The notes: generated by a model not told the origin, from the letters alone. Numbered from the stretch's first letter, positions 1 through 10,820 are shown. The stretch is 64,000 nt of DNA from an uncultured Ruminococcus sp. (GCA_964621165.1 CAZULC010000012.1:3409-67408); one strand, 5' to 3'. A program made the numbers and translations.

Positions 1-85
1 AAAAACAGAATTTCGGCGTTTTGTTAAAATCATAGGATTGTCACAGCTGTACTTTTTGTCAAAGTTAAAACGCAATTCACCTGAT

Positions 86-2617
86 TCAGCCGTTATTCCA
101 GAATGAGGACAGTACAGCTTTCATGGATTCTATGTCACCGGTGTATTTGATGTGCCTCATGTGGGGCGGGATCATCATCTTCATCCGGGGTTCGCCGAAG
201 CGTTCGTCTATAAGGAGAATCATACCCCGGTCTGACTCGGAGCGGATTACCCTGCCTGCCGCCTGCAAAACCTTGTTCATTCCCGGGTAGATGTAGGCGT
301 AGTCCCGGCCGCTGCCGTTTTTTTCGTCGTAGTAAGCCGCCATGATGTTCCGCTCGGCTGACAGCTGCGGCATACCCGTGCCTACGATTACAGCACCTAT
401 GAGACTTTCCCCGGCTAAATCAATTCCCTCGGAGAACATCCCGCCCAGCACGCAGAACCCCACAATTGGACCCCGGCTTTTGTCACGGAACAGAGCGAGA
501 AAGCGGTCCCGCTCGGCGAGGTTCATGATCTGCTTCTGCATTACTATATTGCACTCCGGGGCGATGTCGGCGAAAATCCGGCATACCCGCTTCATGTAGT
601 CATATGACGGAAAGTAGACGATGTAGTTCCCGCTCTTTTCCCCTACGGCTTCCGCTATGACCTCGGCGCAGGAGTATGCGGTTTTCTTCCGGTCGGCAAG
701 GGTGGTGCTGATTGAGTCGTAGGCTATAAGGCAGGTGTTTTCCCGGTCGTAAGGTGAGGGAAGTTCAAGCCGTTTTGCGCCCTCAAGCCCCGTCACTCCC
801 GCAAAGTAGTCGATTGGGGACAGGGTTGCCGAAAACAGCAGGGTTGACTTTGCCGGGGACAGCATGCTTCCGAGAACTCCCGACGGGTCGAGACACAGCA
901 CCTCAGCCTTGGCTGAATCAGACTCCCGGGCGGCGAAGAACCTGAACTTCTCATCAAAATATGACGACGCGAACACTAACTTTGTCAGAATCCTGTAGTA
1001 CGGCTCGAGAAGCTCATGCAGATCCGACTCCGCCCGCATCAGCTTAAACATCACCCGCGAAAGAGTGCCGGCACACCTAACCAAACTGTCGGGAATCCGG
1101 GATGACTCGTAGAAGCCGTAGGTGGTTTCGCTTCCGTCGGGATTGGTGCGGCAGTATTCGTCGTCGGTACACATCCCGCACAGCTCGGTCATAAAGTCGG
1201 AAAAGTCGGCGGCGGACTTGACAAAATCCACCTCTGAGGCAAGTGTGGTTTCGGACAGGGACAGAAGCTCCCGTGCGGTTTTGCTTGTGATTTCGGCGGA
1301 ATAGGCGGCGCGGGTTCTGTCGGGCAGGTTGTGGGCCTCGTCAAACAGGAAGACATACCGCTCCTCGGATTTCGGATTTTTGAAATACCTTTTGAAGCGC
1401 ACGTTGTCGTCGATTACGTAGTTGTAGTCGCATATGATTACAGTACAGCTTTCGGAAAGGTCGAGAGCCAGCTCATAGGGGCAGACCTTCTTTTCGTCGG
1501 CGCACTTCATCACATCCGAGAGGGAATAGATTGTGTTCTCACCTGTCAGCAAAGCCTCGAGAGCACCTGTTTCACGCTCACGGTAGGAGACATAGGTTTT
1601 ACCGAAGTCCTCGGTGATGGAGTCGCATCTGTCGCACATACGGCAGTCCGGAGGCATTTCGCTCCCTTTTTTCCGGTATGGACACATCATTTCTTTTGCG
1701 CAGATCATCACCGAACGCAAATGCGGCGCGTATTTTGTGATTCGTGTTAGTGCGTCCAATGCGGCCTTTCCCGTGACGTTTTTGGCGGTGAGGTAGAATA
1801 TTTTGTCGGCAAATCCCGCTCCGACTGCCTTGAGGGATGGAAACAGAGCCGATATCGTCTTTCCGATTCCCGTTGGGGCTGACACCAAAAGTGGGAGTCC
1901 GCGCTTCACGGCGAGGTACTGTGCGTTGACGAACTCCAGCTGACCCTCCCGTATGGCTTTGTATGGGAACGGCATGGACTTAATCTCCCCGGAAAGGATT
2001 CTATATCTGTCGGAGAAAGCGGAGATAATCGGATAAGCCCGGCTGAGCAGCGACTCAAACATGCGGGTCAGGTTGATGCGGCTGAATTTTGAGGTGAAAG
2101 TAACCTTCCCGCCGCCGGAGCGTTTAATGTAAGTGAGGCGTATGTTGACCTCGGGCAGGGTGAGGGACTCGGCAAGGATATGTGCGTAAATCACAGTCTG
2201 CGCGAAGTGGGAAGGGTCGGAAAACGGGGTCAGTCCTTCGGGAAAATATGACAGGGTTTTGACTTCCTCAACAGTATGAATTACACCATTGTAGGAGATA
2301 ATATCAGCGTAGCCGCAGACTGCCACCGTGTATTCTCCGCAGGGGACCCTCTTTTCCAGCGGGACTTCCGTCTGGCTTGAATCTATGTTGATTGTGTAGG
2401 TTTTGGCCTCTGTTTCAAGGGCGTTGTGGATGGCTGACCCATGCTCCGTTGGCGTCAGTGAGGATTCGGTTATGCTGTCGGGGTCGGGGGTGGTGACGGT
2501 TTTTTTTACAAAGCCGTACTTTTGGCACAGCGCCGCAGGATTCTCCCGCTGATAAGCAAACGAAGCCAGCTCCCCCGCCGTTACGAATATGCAACTGCCG
2601 TTTTTGTCGTATCTCAT
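86..2617 (-). CDS. DinG/Rad3-family Fe-S DNA helicase with N-terminal PD-(D/E)XK nuclease domain
   Basis: Walker A APTGIGKT, DEAH, SATL and QAAGRVIR helicase motifs; Cys cluster MCPY..CRMCDRC..CPYE; N-terminal HGSAIH..GYADII..EEVKT..Q..Y nuclease motifs. Confidence 0.9.
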   Translation of the reverse strand: MRYDKNGSCIFVTAGELASFAYQRENPAALCQKYGFVKKTVTTPDPDSITESSLTPTEHGSAIHNALETEAKTYTINIDSSQTEVPLEKRVPCGEYTVAVCGYADIISYNGVIHTVEEVKTLSYFPEGLTPFSDPSHFAQTVIYAHILAESLTLPEVNIRLTYIKRSGGGKVTFTSKFSRINLTRMFESLLSRAYPIISAFSDRYRILSGEIKSMPFPYKAIREGQLEFVNAQYLAVKRGLPLLVSAPTGIGKTISALFPSLKAVGAGFADKIFYLTAKNVTGKAALDALTRITKYAPHLRSVMICAKEMMCPYRKKGSEMPPDCRMCDRCDSITEDFGKTYVSYRERETGALEALLTGENTIYSLSDVMKCADEKKVCPYELALDLSESCTVIICDYNYVIDDNVRFKRYFKNPKSEERYVFLFDEAHNLPDRTRAAYSAEITSKTARELLSLSETTLASEVDFVKSAADFSDFMTELCGMCTDDEYCRTNPDGSETTYGFYESSRIPDSLVRCAGTLSRVMFKLMRAESDLHELLEPYYRILTKLVFASSYFDEKFRFFAARESDSAKAEVLCLDPSGVLGSMLSPAKSTLLFSATLSPIDYFAGVTGLEGAKRLELPSPYDRENTCLIAYDSISTTLADRKKTAYSCAEVIAEAVGEKSGNYIVYFPSYDYMKRVCRIFADIAPECNIVMQKQIMNLAERDRFLALFRDKSRGPIVGFCVLGGMFSEGIDLAGESLIGAVIVGTGMPQLSAERNIMAAYYDEKNGSGRDYAYIYPGMNKVLQAAGRVIRSESDRGMILLIDERFGEPRMKMMIPPHMRHIKYTGDIESMKAVLSSFWNNG

Positions 2618-2655
2618 GAAACATGCCCTCGAACGTTCAATAAAATCATAATTTT

Positions 2656-2739
2656 GCGAGAGCCAAAGAATAATATCGTGGGTTATCTTGTGATTTCGAC
2701 TGAAGAAAAGCCGTGCCTGCCCACGTGAACTCCCCGTAT
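2656..2739 (-). repeat. 84-bp intergenic repeat, copy A' (inverted)
   Basis: Reverse complement aligns without gaps to 9848-9931 (about 45/84 identities counted by hand); shared blocks cggg.ag, ggc, cacggc, ag..ga, cccacga, tc.cgc. Confidence 0.8.
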
Positions 2740-2749
2740 ATTATACCAT

Positions 2750-2834
2750 AGTGCGGAAGCCCCCACGGGCAAATACGGCATATTTTCAGCCGACACAGCA
2801 GGGATAACCCACGACGACAAACTAAAGCTCCCGT
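2750..2834 (+). repeat. 84-bp intergenic repeat, copy A
   Basis: agtgcggaagcccccacgggc..acggc..agccga..cccacgac..ctaaagctcccg aligns with 9848 and 9932 units with one gap. Confidence 0.85.
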
Positions 2835-2967
2835 ATACATTATACCATATTTAGATAGAAAAATCCATATTCAAACAAAATATCGCATAAGTACAATATA
2901 ATCTTGCTTTTTCACATCTGACGTGATATAATTAAGGTAGAAAATAACAGATTCGGAGAATTTAACA

Positions 2968-3606
2968 ATGGTTTTAGATAAAAAAGAAACTGCCGTGGCT
3001 TACCGCTGTCCTCACTGCGGGGCTTCCGTCATGAGCATGGTGGGAATTTTCGCCCTCACCGCCGATATGATACGGCTGAAATGCCCCTGCGGCGAGTCGG
3101 AGATGGAAATCGTCTACACACGGGATAAAAAAATCCGGCTGAACGTCCCCTGCTTTCTCTGCCCCAACCCCCACAGCTATGTTGTGTCTTCGCAAATGTT
3201 CTTCGACAAGGATATTTTCATGCTCCCGTGCAGCTACTCGGGAATGGACATCTGCTTCATCGGCAAGTCCGACAAGGTGCAGAAGGCAATGAAGAAGTCC
3301 GAGGAGGAGCTGCTTGAAATGCTTGGTGAGACTCCGCTTGAGGCTCTGGAGGAGTCAAAAGGGAAGAGCATTGAGCTGTCCGACCCGCAGGTCTTCGATA
3401 TCGTCATGTACGTGGTCCGTGAGCTTGCCGACGAGGGGGCTATCGAATGCGGCTGTCCTGACGGCGAGGGAGACTACGACGTTGAAATCCACGACGACCA
3501 TATTACCCTCAAGTGCAATGCCTGCGGAAAAAAGCGCGACATCCAGATCACCAGCCTTGCTTCCGCCAACGATTTTTTGGCCTCGGATAAAATTACGCTG
3601 GAGTAA
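2968..3606 (+). CDS. Hypothetical Cys-rich (multi zinc-ribbon) protein
   Basis: 212 aa ORF with GGAG RBS; CPHC, CPC, CFLC, CGC and CNAC motifs. Confidence 0.75.
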   Translation: MVLDKKETAVAYRCPHCGASVMSMVGIFALTADMIRLKCPCGESEMEIVYTRDKKIRLNVPCFLCPNPHSYVVSSQMFFDKDIFMLPCSYSGMDICFIGKSDKVQKAMKKSEEELLEMLGETPLEALEESKGKSIELSDPQVFDIVMYVVRELADEGAIECGCPDGEGDYDVEIHDDHITLKCNACGKKRDIQITSLASANDFLASDKITLE

Positions 3607-3608
3607 TC

Positions 3609-3635
3609 ACAAATCCGACACCGGCGCATACCATG
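3609..3635 (+). promoter_or_regulatory. Sigma-K-like sporulation promoter
   Basis: AC (3609-3610), 16 nt, CATACCATG (3627-3635); resembles the sigK consensus AC-N16-CATANNNTA. Confidence 0.45.
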
Positions 3636-3704
3636 ATAACAGAGCGGCAGAAAGAGCTGCTCAACGTGAAAAGCCTGAATCTACAAAACAAAGGAGATTT
3701 AATC

Positions 3705-3803
3705 ATGGGATGCTTATGTAATCTTTTTGACGGCGACGCTATTGTTTGGATAATCGTTATCATTCTCCTCCTCCTCATCCTCAACTGCACCTGCTGCGGC
3801 TGA
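3705..3803 (+). CDS. Small Cys-rich single-TM peptide (32 aa, MGCLCNLFDGDAIVWIIVIILLLLILNCTCCG), probably spore-associated
   Basis: AAGGAG RBS at 3691, ATG 3705, TGA 3801-3803, own terminator; below the ORF-track length cutoff. Confidence 0.75.
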   Translation: MGCLCNLFDGDAIVWIIVIILLLLILNCTCCG

Positions 3804-3835
3804 ATGCGACGAAACCGGACAGTATAGCCTGACCT

Positions 3836-3879
3836 AAAAGGGCGCACTTGGGGTAATTCTCAGGTGCGCTTTTTCTTTT
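3836..3879 (+). terminator. Intrinsic terminator
   Basis: aaaagggcgcacttgggg / ctcaggtgcgctttt stem followed by T tract. Confidence 0.7.
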
Positions 3880-3967
3880 GAAAATTTATCAAAAAACTAT
3901 TGCAAAACCGGTAAAAATACTGTATACTTTATACAGAAAAAATACTTCACACGCAAAGGAGAAGGCT

Positions 3968-4663
3968 ATGGAATTTGACAACAGAAAATACTCGCTCACC
4001 TTTGAGGACAACTTCGAGGGCACGACCCTTGACCCGACAAAGTGGAAGCTGTGTCCGGAGCAGAAACGTCAGGACGCAGGAGGACGCTGGAGCGACTCAA
4101 TGACAAGGCTTGACGGAGAGGGACACCTGATTCTTTCAGCCGACGTGGTTGACGGTGTTCCGCTGTCCGGTGCGGTTCGGTCAAAGGGAATATTCGAGCA
4201 GGCTTACGGATACTTCGAGTGCCGGCTGAAATTCCAGCGGACTACCGGATTCTGGGGCGCGTTTTGGCTCATGTGCGACGAGGAGTGGAAGGTCGGAAAC
4301 GGAGCGGTTGACGGGGCTGAGATCGACATTATCGAGAGCGGAGAATTCCCGAGAGGCGGCGTAAATCACGCAATCCACTGGGACGGCTACGGCGAACACC
4401 ACCGCTGCGTATCGAAAATTATCACCGCACCCGAGCTTTACGACGGCTGGCACACCTACGCCCTCGAGTGGACGAAAAGTGACTACATCTTCTACATCGA
4501 CGGCAAGGAGACGTGGCGCACCAATGAGCCAGGCATCTGCGAAGTACCGGTTTATCTCAAGCTGTCCTGCGAGTTCGGCACATGGGCTGGGGAGATAAAG
4601 AAGGACGAACTTCCCGACTGCATGGTTGTGGATTACGTACGGGTGTACAAGGAAGTTGAATAA
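3968..4663 (+). CDS. Glycoside hydrolase family 16, no signal peptide
   Basis: FWGAFWL and catalytic EIDIIE motifs, WHTYALEW, DYVRVY; start moved to the ATG after the AAGGAG RBS. Confidence 0.9.
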   Translation: MEFDNRKYSLTFEDNFEGTTLDPTKWKLCPEQKRQDAGGRWSDSMTRLDGEGHLILSADVVDGVPLSGAVRSKGIFEQAYGYFECRLKFQRTTGFWGAFWLMCDEEWKVGNGAVDGAEIDIIESGEFPRGGVNHAIHWDGYGEHHRCVSKIITAPELYDGWHTYALEWTKSDYIFYIDGKETWRTNEPGICEVPVYLKLSCEFGTWAGEIKKDELPDCMVVDYVRVYKEVE

Positions 4664-4794
4664 GCGTGAGTCCCATTTTCGGTTAAGTCCGGGAGGGGAT
4701 TTTCCCTTTTTGGATACAGAAAAGCTAAAAAAATACCTCCGGCGTTTGTATACCGAAGGTAAATTTTATGCAGATTTAACTGTATGCGCGGGAC

Positions 4795-5934
4795 TTAGAT
4801 TTCACTGAACTTAATTTCAACCTCGTGTCCGCATTCAGCCGAGCGGTTGATTCCGTCGATTATCGCCTGGTTGTAGAGAATCTGCGACGTTGGAACGGGT
4901 GCGGGTCCGTTTGTCTTTACCGCGTCGAGGAAGGAGCGGATCTTCTTGTCGAACAGTCCTCCCTTGCCTACGTTGGGCTGAATCGGGATTACGGTTTCGG
5001 TCTGCGCGCCACATACGTCATGGTAGAGGGTCATGGGTCCGCCGACTGAGCCATTCCAGCAGTCCGTTGAGGGAATTCTCAGTGCGCCCTCAGTGCCGAA
5101 GATAATCGTGTCGCCGGGGGTGTTGACGTGCATTGCCCACGCGATTCTGAAGTCGAGGATTATGCCGCCCTCAAGTCTGATGAACGCCGCCGCGAAGTCG
5201 TCAACCGAGAACCTTGCCGCGTCAGCCCCGTTGTACTTGGGGTTCTTGCCGAAGAAGTCCGACGTGTAGCCGGATACGGTGAGGGGCTTCGGGTAGCCTA
5301 TGGCGTTGAGCACCATGTCGAGGGAGTAGCAGCCGATGTCACCCAGCGCTCCAATGCCGCCCGTTGACTTCTCGATAAATGTGGAACCCGGGATTCCTCG
5401 CCTTCTTCCGCCGCCGGTCTGGATGTAGTAAATCTTTCCGAGAACTCCCGACTCAACAATCTTCTTTATCATCTGCATGTTTGCGTCAAATCTGGGCTGG
5501 AAGCCTACGGATACGAACTTGCCGCTTGCCTTTTCCGCTCTGCAAACCGCTTCCGCTTCCTCGAGGGTTACGGAGAAGGGCTTTTCAAGAAGTACGGGAA
5601 TTCCGTGCTCTAGGGCGTAGATTGTGGGGATGGCGTGCTGGGTGTTGTAGGTGCAGACCGACACTGCGTCAAGATCTTCGTTGTCGATCATTTCCTTGTG
5701 GGAGGGATAGAATCTCACGCCCTCGACGCCGAACCGCTTCATGAACGCCTCAGCCTTGCCGGGAATCAGATCCGCCGCGGCAACGATTTCAACGTCGTCC
5801 TGGATTTTGTAGCTCTGGATGTGGGATTCCGCAATCCAGCCGGTGCCGATGATGCCGACCTTGAGCTTTTTTCCGGTGTGGGTGGTGGTTTCTTCTACAG
5901 TTTGTTTGAACTGACTGAGAACTGCGTCTGACAT
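4795..5934 (-). CDS. Gfo/Idh/MocA family oxidoreductase
   Basis: GIIGTGWIA Rossmann motif, LEKP, GGIGALGDIGCY. Confidence 0.92.
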   Translation of the reverse strand: MSDAVLSQFKQTVEETTTHTGKKLKVGIIGTGWIAESHIQSYKIQDDVEIVAAADLIPGKAEAFMKRFGVEGVRFYPSHKEMIDNEDLDAVSVCTYNTQHAIPTIYALEHGIPVLLEKPFSVTLEEAEAVCRAEKASGKFVSVGFQPRFDANMQMIKKIVESGVLGKIYYIQTGGGRRRGIPGSTFIEKSTGGIGALGDIGCYSLDMVLNAIGYPKPLTVSGYTSDFFGKNPKYNGADAARFSVDDFAAAFIRLEGGIILDFRIAWAMHVNTPGDTIIFGTEGALRIPSTDCWNGSVGGPMTLYHDVCGAQTETVIPIQPNVGKGGLFDKKIRSFLDAVKTNGPAPVPTSQILYNQAIIDGINRSAECGHEVEIKFSEI

Positions 5935-6017
5935 AATAGTAGACCGCCTTTCATTAAAATTTCTTATTTGTTAACGGAAAACAATCCCGTTTTGTTTTTT
6001 ACTTGCGTAAGCTTTGG

Positions 6018-6244
6018 TCAATCCTCAATGACTTCTCCGTGGAGCCTGACTCTGCCGCCGTCGGGACAAGCTGCGTCGAACTTTGTCTCCCTTGTACTGC
6101 CACAGTCCAGCTTTCTTCCGTTGAGAAGGACGTAGACCGAGAGATAGATGCCGTTCCACAGCTCATGACACAGGGGAGGGCATAAGTCGCCAACAATGAA
6201 CTCCTGCCCCGGCTTTCGGTTATTGTCAGCTTTACTTTCGGAAT
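6018..6244 (-). pseudogene. Degraded small Cys-containing protein (TIGR04076-like)
   Basis: GGAGG RBS then ATT instead of ATG; IPKVKLTITESR, then frameshift to GQEFIVGDLCPPLCHELWNGIYLSVYVLLNG..AACPDGGRVRLHGEVIED*; family call is from recalled motif similarity. Confidence 0.6.
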
Positions 6245-7176
6245 GGTTTACCTCCGGATATTGGATTTATGATGTTTCCGAGCCAGTTAATCCGGCTGTT
6301 CATGCAGCTTTGAAGAATCCTGCTTTTCAGTGCCGATTCATATCCGTGATATGCGTCATTGACTTCGTGAAGAGTGCATTCTACGCCGTCGTTTTTCAGC
6401 CTGTCCGCGAGAATCACAGCCTCGTCGTGGAGCGCGTCAAATTCTGCGGCTTCGATGTATGTCGGCGGAAATCTGGCGTAAGACTCAGCCTCAGCCGGGT
6501 ACGCATACTCGACCTTTTCGGGAAGTGTGCTGCCGAGATAGGCCTGCCACATTACTTTTGTAAGGCGTGAGTTCCAGACGGGTGTGTCGGTGTATTCTTT
6601 CATGGATTCGGTTCCCATGCGTCTGTCGGTTACGAGGGTATATAAGAACCAGTCCTGCCGGAGGTGGAATACCGCACTCCCGTGACATAAGAACTGCCGA
6701 AAGCGCCAGATTTCCGCCCGCACTGTCGCCAAGCATGAATATTTTGTTCCGGTTGACGTTCAGTATGGCCGTGTTTGCGAGGACCCATTTATAGGTTTCA
6801 AAGCAGTCCAGCGCGGGAGTGGGGAAGACGTGCTTCGGCGAAAGTTTGTAGTCAGCGCACACGACCTTGCATGGAAGCAGCTGGGCGTACATTTTTGCTA
6901 CTTTATAGTGTACTAAGGAGGCTCTGAGCATAAACCCGCCTCCGTGGAAGAAAACGACGCATGGCAGCTCTCCTTCTGATTCGGCAGACTCGATTACCGA
7001 CGTTTCAAGCACGTCCCATTGTACCCGGGAGTCCTGTACCGGCTCACCTTAACTCTGCTGTCACTTTTGCATCTGAACAGGCTGAGAGCGGCGTTCATCA
7101 GTGGAAATACTCTCACGTCCGGCGGAATTTTCAGCCGTGCTATTCCCCTCAGGTCCCTGTCAAGAGGGTACTTCAC
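6232..7176 (-). pseudogene. HSL-family alpha/beta hydrolase (esterase), two frameshifts
   Basis: Three overlapping fragments in different frames: N-terminus (6994-7176), HGGGF and GDSAGG core (6491-7012), catalytic D and H region AEFDALHDE..AYHGY (6232-6732). Confidence 0.85.
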
Positions 7177-7994
7177 CAGCCGATTGAGCGGAGGTATTCG
7201 CGGCTCGCCTTGATGGAGTCCATTCTCGACAGTCCCATTGACGGCTCGTCCTGTTCAACTACAACCCATTCGGCTCCGGCCTTAACGGAAGCGTCAAGAA
7301 TCGCGGGCATGTCCTGCATACCGTGGCCCACCGGTCGGAACTCGAAAGATGAAGGCTCGTTTGATTCCGCCTCTTCTATGCCGATGAGGGCGTAGAGGTG
7401 GGAGGGCAGCTTGCCTGTCAGGTTGAAGTCCTTGAGATGAACTACGGGTGCGCGTCCGGAATACTTCAATATATAGTCAGCCGGATGCTCGCCGCCGATG
7501 TTTACCCAGCAGGTGTCAAGTTCGGTCTGGAGATACTCCGCCGGAACCCGTGAGTAGAGAATGTCAAGCCCGTACTCCCCGTCGATTTTCCTGAACTCGA
7601 AGTCGTGGTTGTGGTAGAGCAGGGTGATTCCGTGTTCTTTGGCAATCTCACCCAGACGTGCGATTTCGTTGATGGTGGAATAAAAATGCTCCGCTCCGGG
7701 ACGTCTTTCCTCGGTGACGTAGGGAACCGCGGCGTACTTGCATCCGATAGTGCGGTAGTCCTCGAAAACTCGGTCCGGGTCGGCGAGCATTTCAACCAGC
7801 GGGATGTGGGCTGACATGGGCTTTAAGTCATAAGCGTCGCAGAGTCCGCGGATGTAGTCGGGGGAGAGGCCGTAGAGTCCAGCGAACTCAACTCCGTCGT
7901 AGCCCATTTCCTTTATTTTAAAGAGGGTTTTTGCTAGGTCAGCCTCAGCCTCGTCTCTTACCGAATAAACCTGAACGGCAACAGGAAGTGACAT
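7173..7994 (-). CDS. Sugar phosphate isomerase/epimerase (AP-endonuclease-2 TIM barrel)
   Basis: QVYSVR, GYDGVEFAG, YHNHDFEF, ELDTCW, HLKD, VVEQD; start set at the ATG after the GAAAGG RBS. Confidence 0.9.
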   Translation of the reverse strand: MSLPVAVQVYSVRDEAEADLAKTLFKIKEMGYDGVEFAGLYGLSPDYIRGLCDAYDLKPMSAHIPLVEMLADPDRVFEDYRTIGCKYAAVPYVTEERRPGAEHFYSTINEIARLGEIAKEHGITLLYHNHDFEFRKIDGEYGLDILYSRVPAEYLQTELDTCWVNIGGEHPADYILKYSGRAPVVHLKDFNLTGKLPSHLYALIGIEEAESNEPSSFEFRPVGHGMQDMPAILDASVKAGAEWVVVEQDEPSMGLSRMDSIKASREYLRSIGW

Positions 7995-8279
7995 AATGAT
8001 GTACCTACCTTTCATGGATTATATTATAGGAAGTTTCATTTATTATTAATATGATTTTAGGCTTTCCTTGAAAATACTGAAATACCTTGGCAACGCGGAT
8101 TTTTTAATCATCACCGCTGTAATTTCATTATATCTTAATCGCTGACTAAAATCAAGGCTTTTATTAAAAAATATAAAAAAACGCAAAAAATCTTTTCCCG
8201 ATTATTCATCTTTCACCTGCGGGCTTTGAATGCTGTAATTTCACCCCGCAAAAGTGCAAAAAATTGTTGTTTTTGTCAA

Positions 8280-8308
8280 TTGACAACGGGCGGCGGAAAG
8301 TGTATAAT
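8280..8308 (+). promoter_or_regulatory. Sigma-A promoter of guaB
   Basis: TTGACA-17 nt-TATAAT. Confidence 0.8.
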
Positions 8309-8316
8309 CCCTCTAA

Positions 8317-9847
<1,531 letters not shown>

Positions 9848-9849
<2 letters not shown>

Positions 9850-10014
9850 TCGGGAAGCCCCGACAGGCTATCACGGCGTTTATATAGCTGAGTAGGAGAA
9901 AGCTCCCACGACCATATGCCTAAGATCCCGCAGTCGGGAAGCCCCGACGGGCTTCACGGCGTTTGTTAGGCTAAGTTGGAGAAAGCTCCCACGACCTTAT
10001 ACCTAAGCTTCCGC
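9848..10014 (+). repeat. Tandem pair of the ~84-bp repeat (units 9848-9931 and 9932-10014)
   Basis: Two near-identical direct units agtcgggaagccccgac..cacggcgttt..ggagaaagctcccacgacc..cctaag..ccgc; the first overlaps the guaB stop codon. Confidence 0.92.
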
Positions 10015-10035
10015 AATGAAATAAAGCAACAATAG

Positions 10036-10087
10036 AAAATCCCCGTTACGGTCTGCAAGTCATGCCAACCGCTTCGGGGAATTTTTT
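10036..10087. terminator. Probable bidirectional terminator between guaB and the acetyltransferase
   Basis: aaaatccccg..cggggaatttttt inverted repeat. Confidence 0.6.
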
Positions 10088-10718
10088 ACTTCACATTATC
10101 GAACTTCGCCGGGTCAATCTTTCTGTCCCTGAAATAATACTCCCGGTCGTGCCCGTCTATCTCACGCAATACCCGGCAGGGATTACCAACCGCAACAACG
10201 CCGGAGGGAATATCCTTTGTCACCACGCTGCCCGCGCCGATTACCGAGTTGTCGCCGATTGTCACTCCCGGAAGAATCACAGCACCCGCGCCAATCCAGC
10301 AGTTTTTTCCGATGTGAACCGGTATGTTGTACTGGTACACCGCGCGTCTCAGGCTGGGGTCGATGGGATGTCCCGCCGTGGCTATTGTAACGTTCGGCCC
10401 AATCATGGTGGACTCTCCTATGTAGATACAGCTGTCGTCAACCAGAGTCAGGTTGAAGTTGGCGTAGACGTTCTTTCCCATGTACACGTGCCGTCCTCCC
10501 CAATTTGCGTGAAGCGGAGGTTCGATATAGCAGCCCTCGCCTATTTCGGCGAACATGGACTCAAGCAGCTCACGGCGTTTCTTAACCTCCGACGGGCGGG
10601 TTTGGTTGTAGTCGTATTGAAGCTCGAGACAGGCCGCCTGCTCAGACGCGATTTCCTCGTCCGCACAGATGTAGAGGTCCCCGTCAAGCATTTTCTGTTT
10701 GGCTGATTTTTCACTCAT
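10086..10718 (-). CDS. Sugar O-acetyltransferase (maltose/galactoside acetyltransferase family)
   Basis: IEPPLHANWG, hexapeptide repeats, GAGSVVTKDIP, VGNPCRV. Confidence 0.92.
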   Translation of the reverse strand: MSEKSAKQKMLDGDLYICADEEIASEQAACLELQYDYNQTRPSEVKKRRELLESMFAEIGEGCYIEPPLHANWGGRHVYMGKNVYANFNLTLVDDSCIYIGESTMIGPNVTIATAGHPIDPSLRRAVYQYNIPVHIGKNCWIGAGAVILPGVTIGDNSVIGAGSVVTKDIPSGVVAVGNPCRVLREIDGHDREYYFRDRKIDPAKFDNVK

Positions 10719-10820
10719 TTTTGATGGTGCTCCCGTAATTTTCCGAAAAGTCGGATTTTTTCCGTCCCATATTATAGCATAATTCACGCTCAGATTCAAT
10801 AAGCAGATTCAATAAGTTTC

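Noticed and set aside
86-2617. Type IV CRISPR CasDinG or Cas4 locus
   Set aside because: No cas genes or array in the window, and the architecture matches a standalone chromosomal nuclease-helicase.
2656-2834. Canonical 6S RNA or SRP RNA
   Set aside because: The length fits 6S, but I see no large central bubble or SRP GGAA motif, and both arms are copies of the dispersed repeat. Left uncalled pending cmscan.
2646-2840. 64-aa minus-strand ORF
   Set aside because: It overlies the inverted repeat, has no RBS, and its ATG is part of a -10 box.
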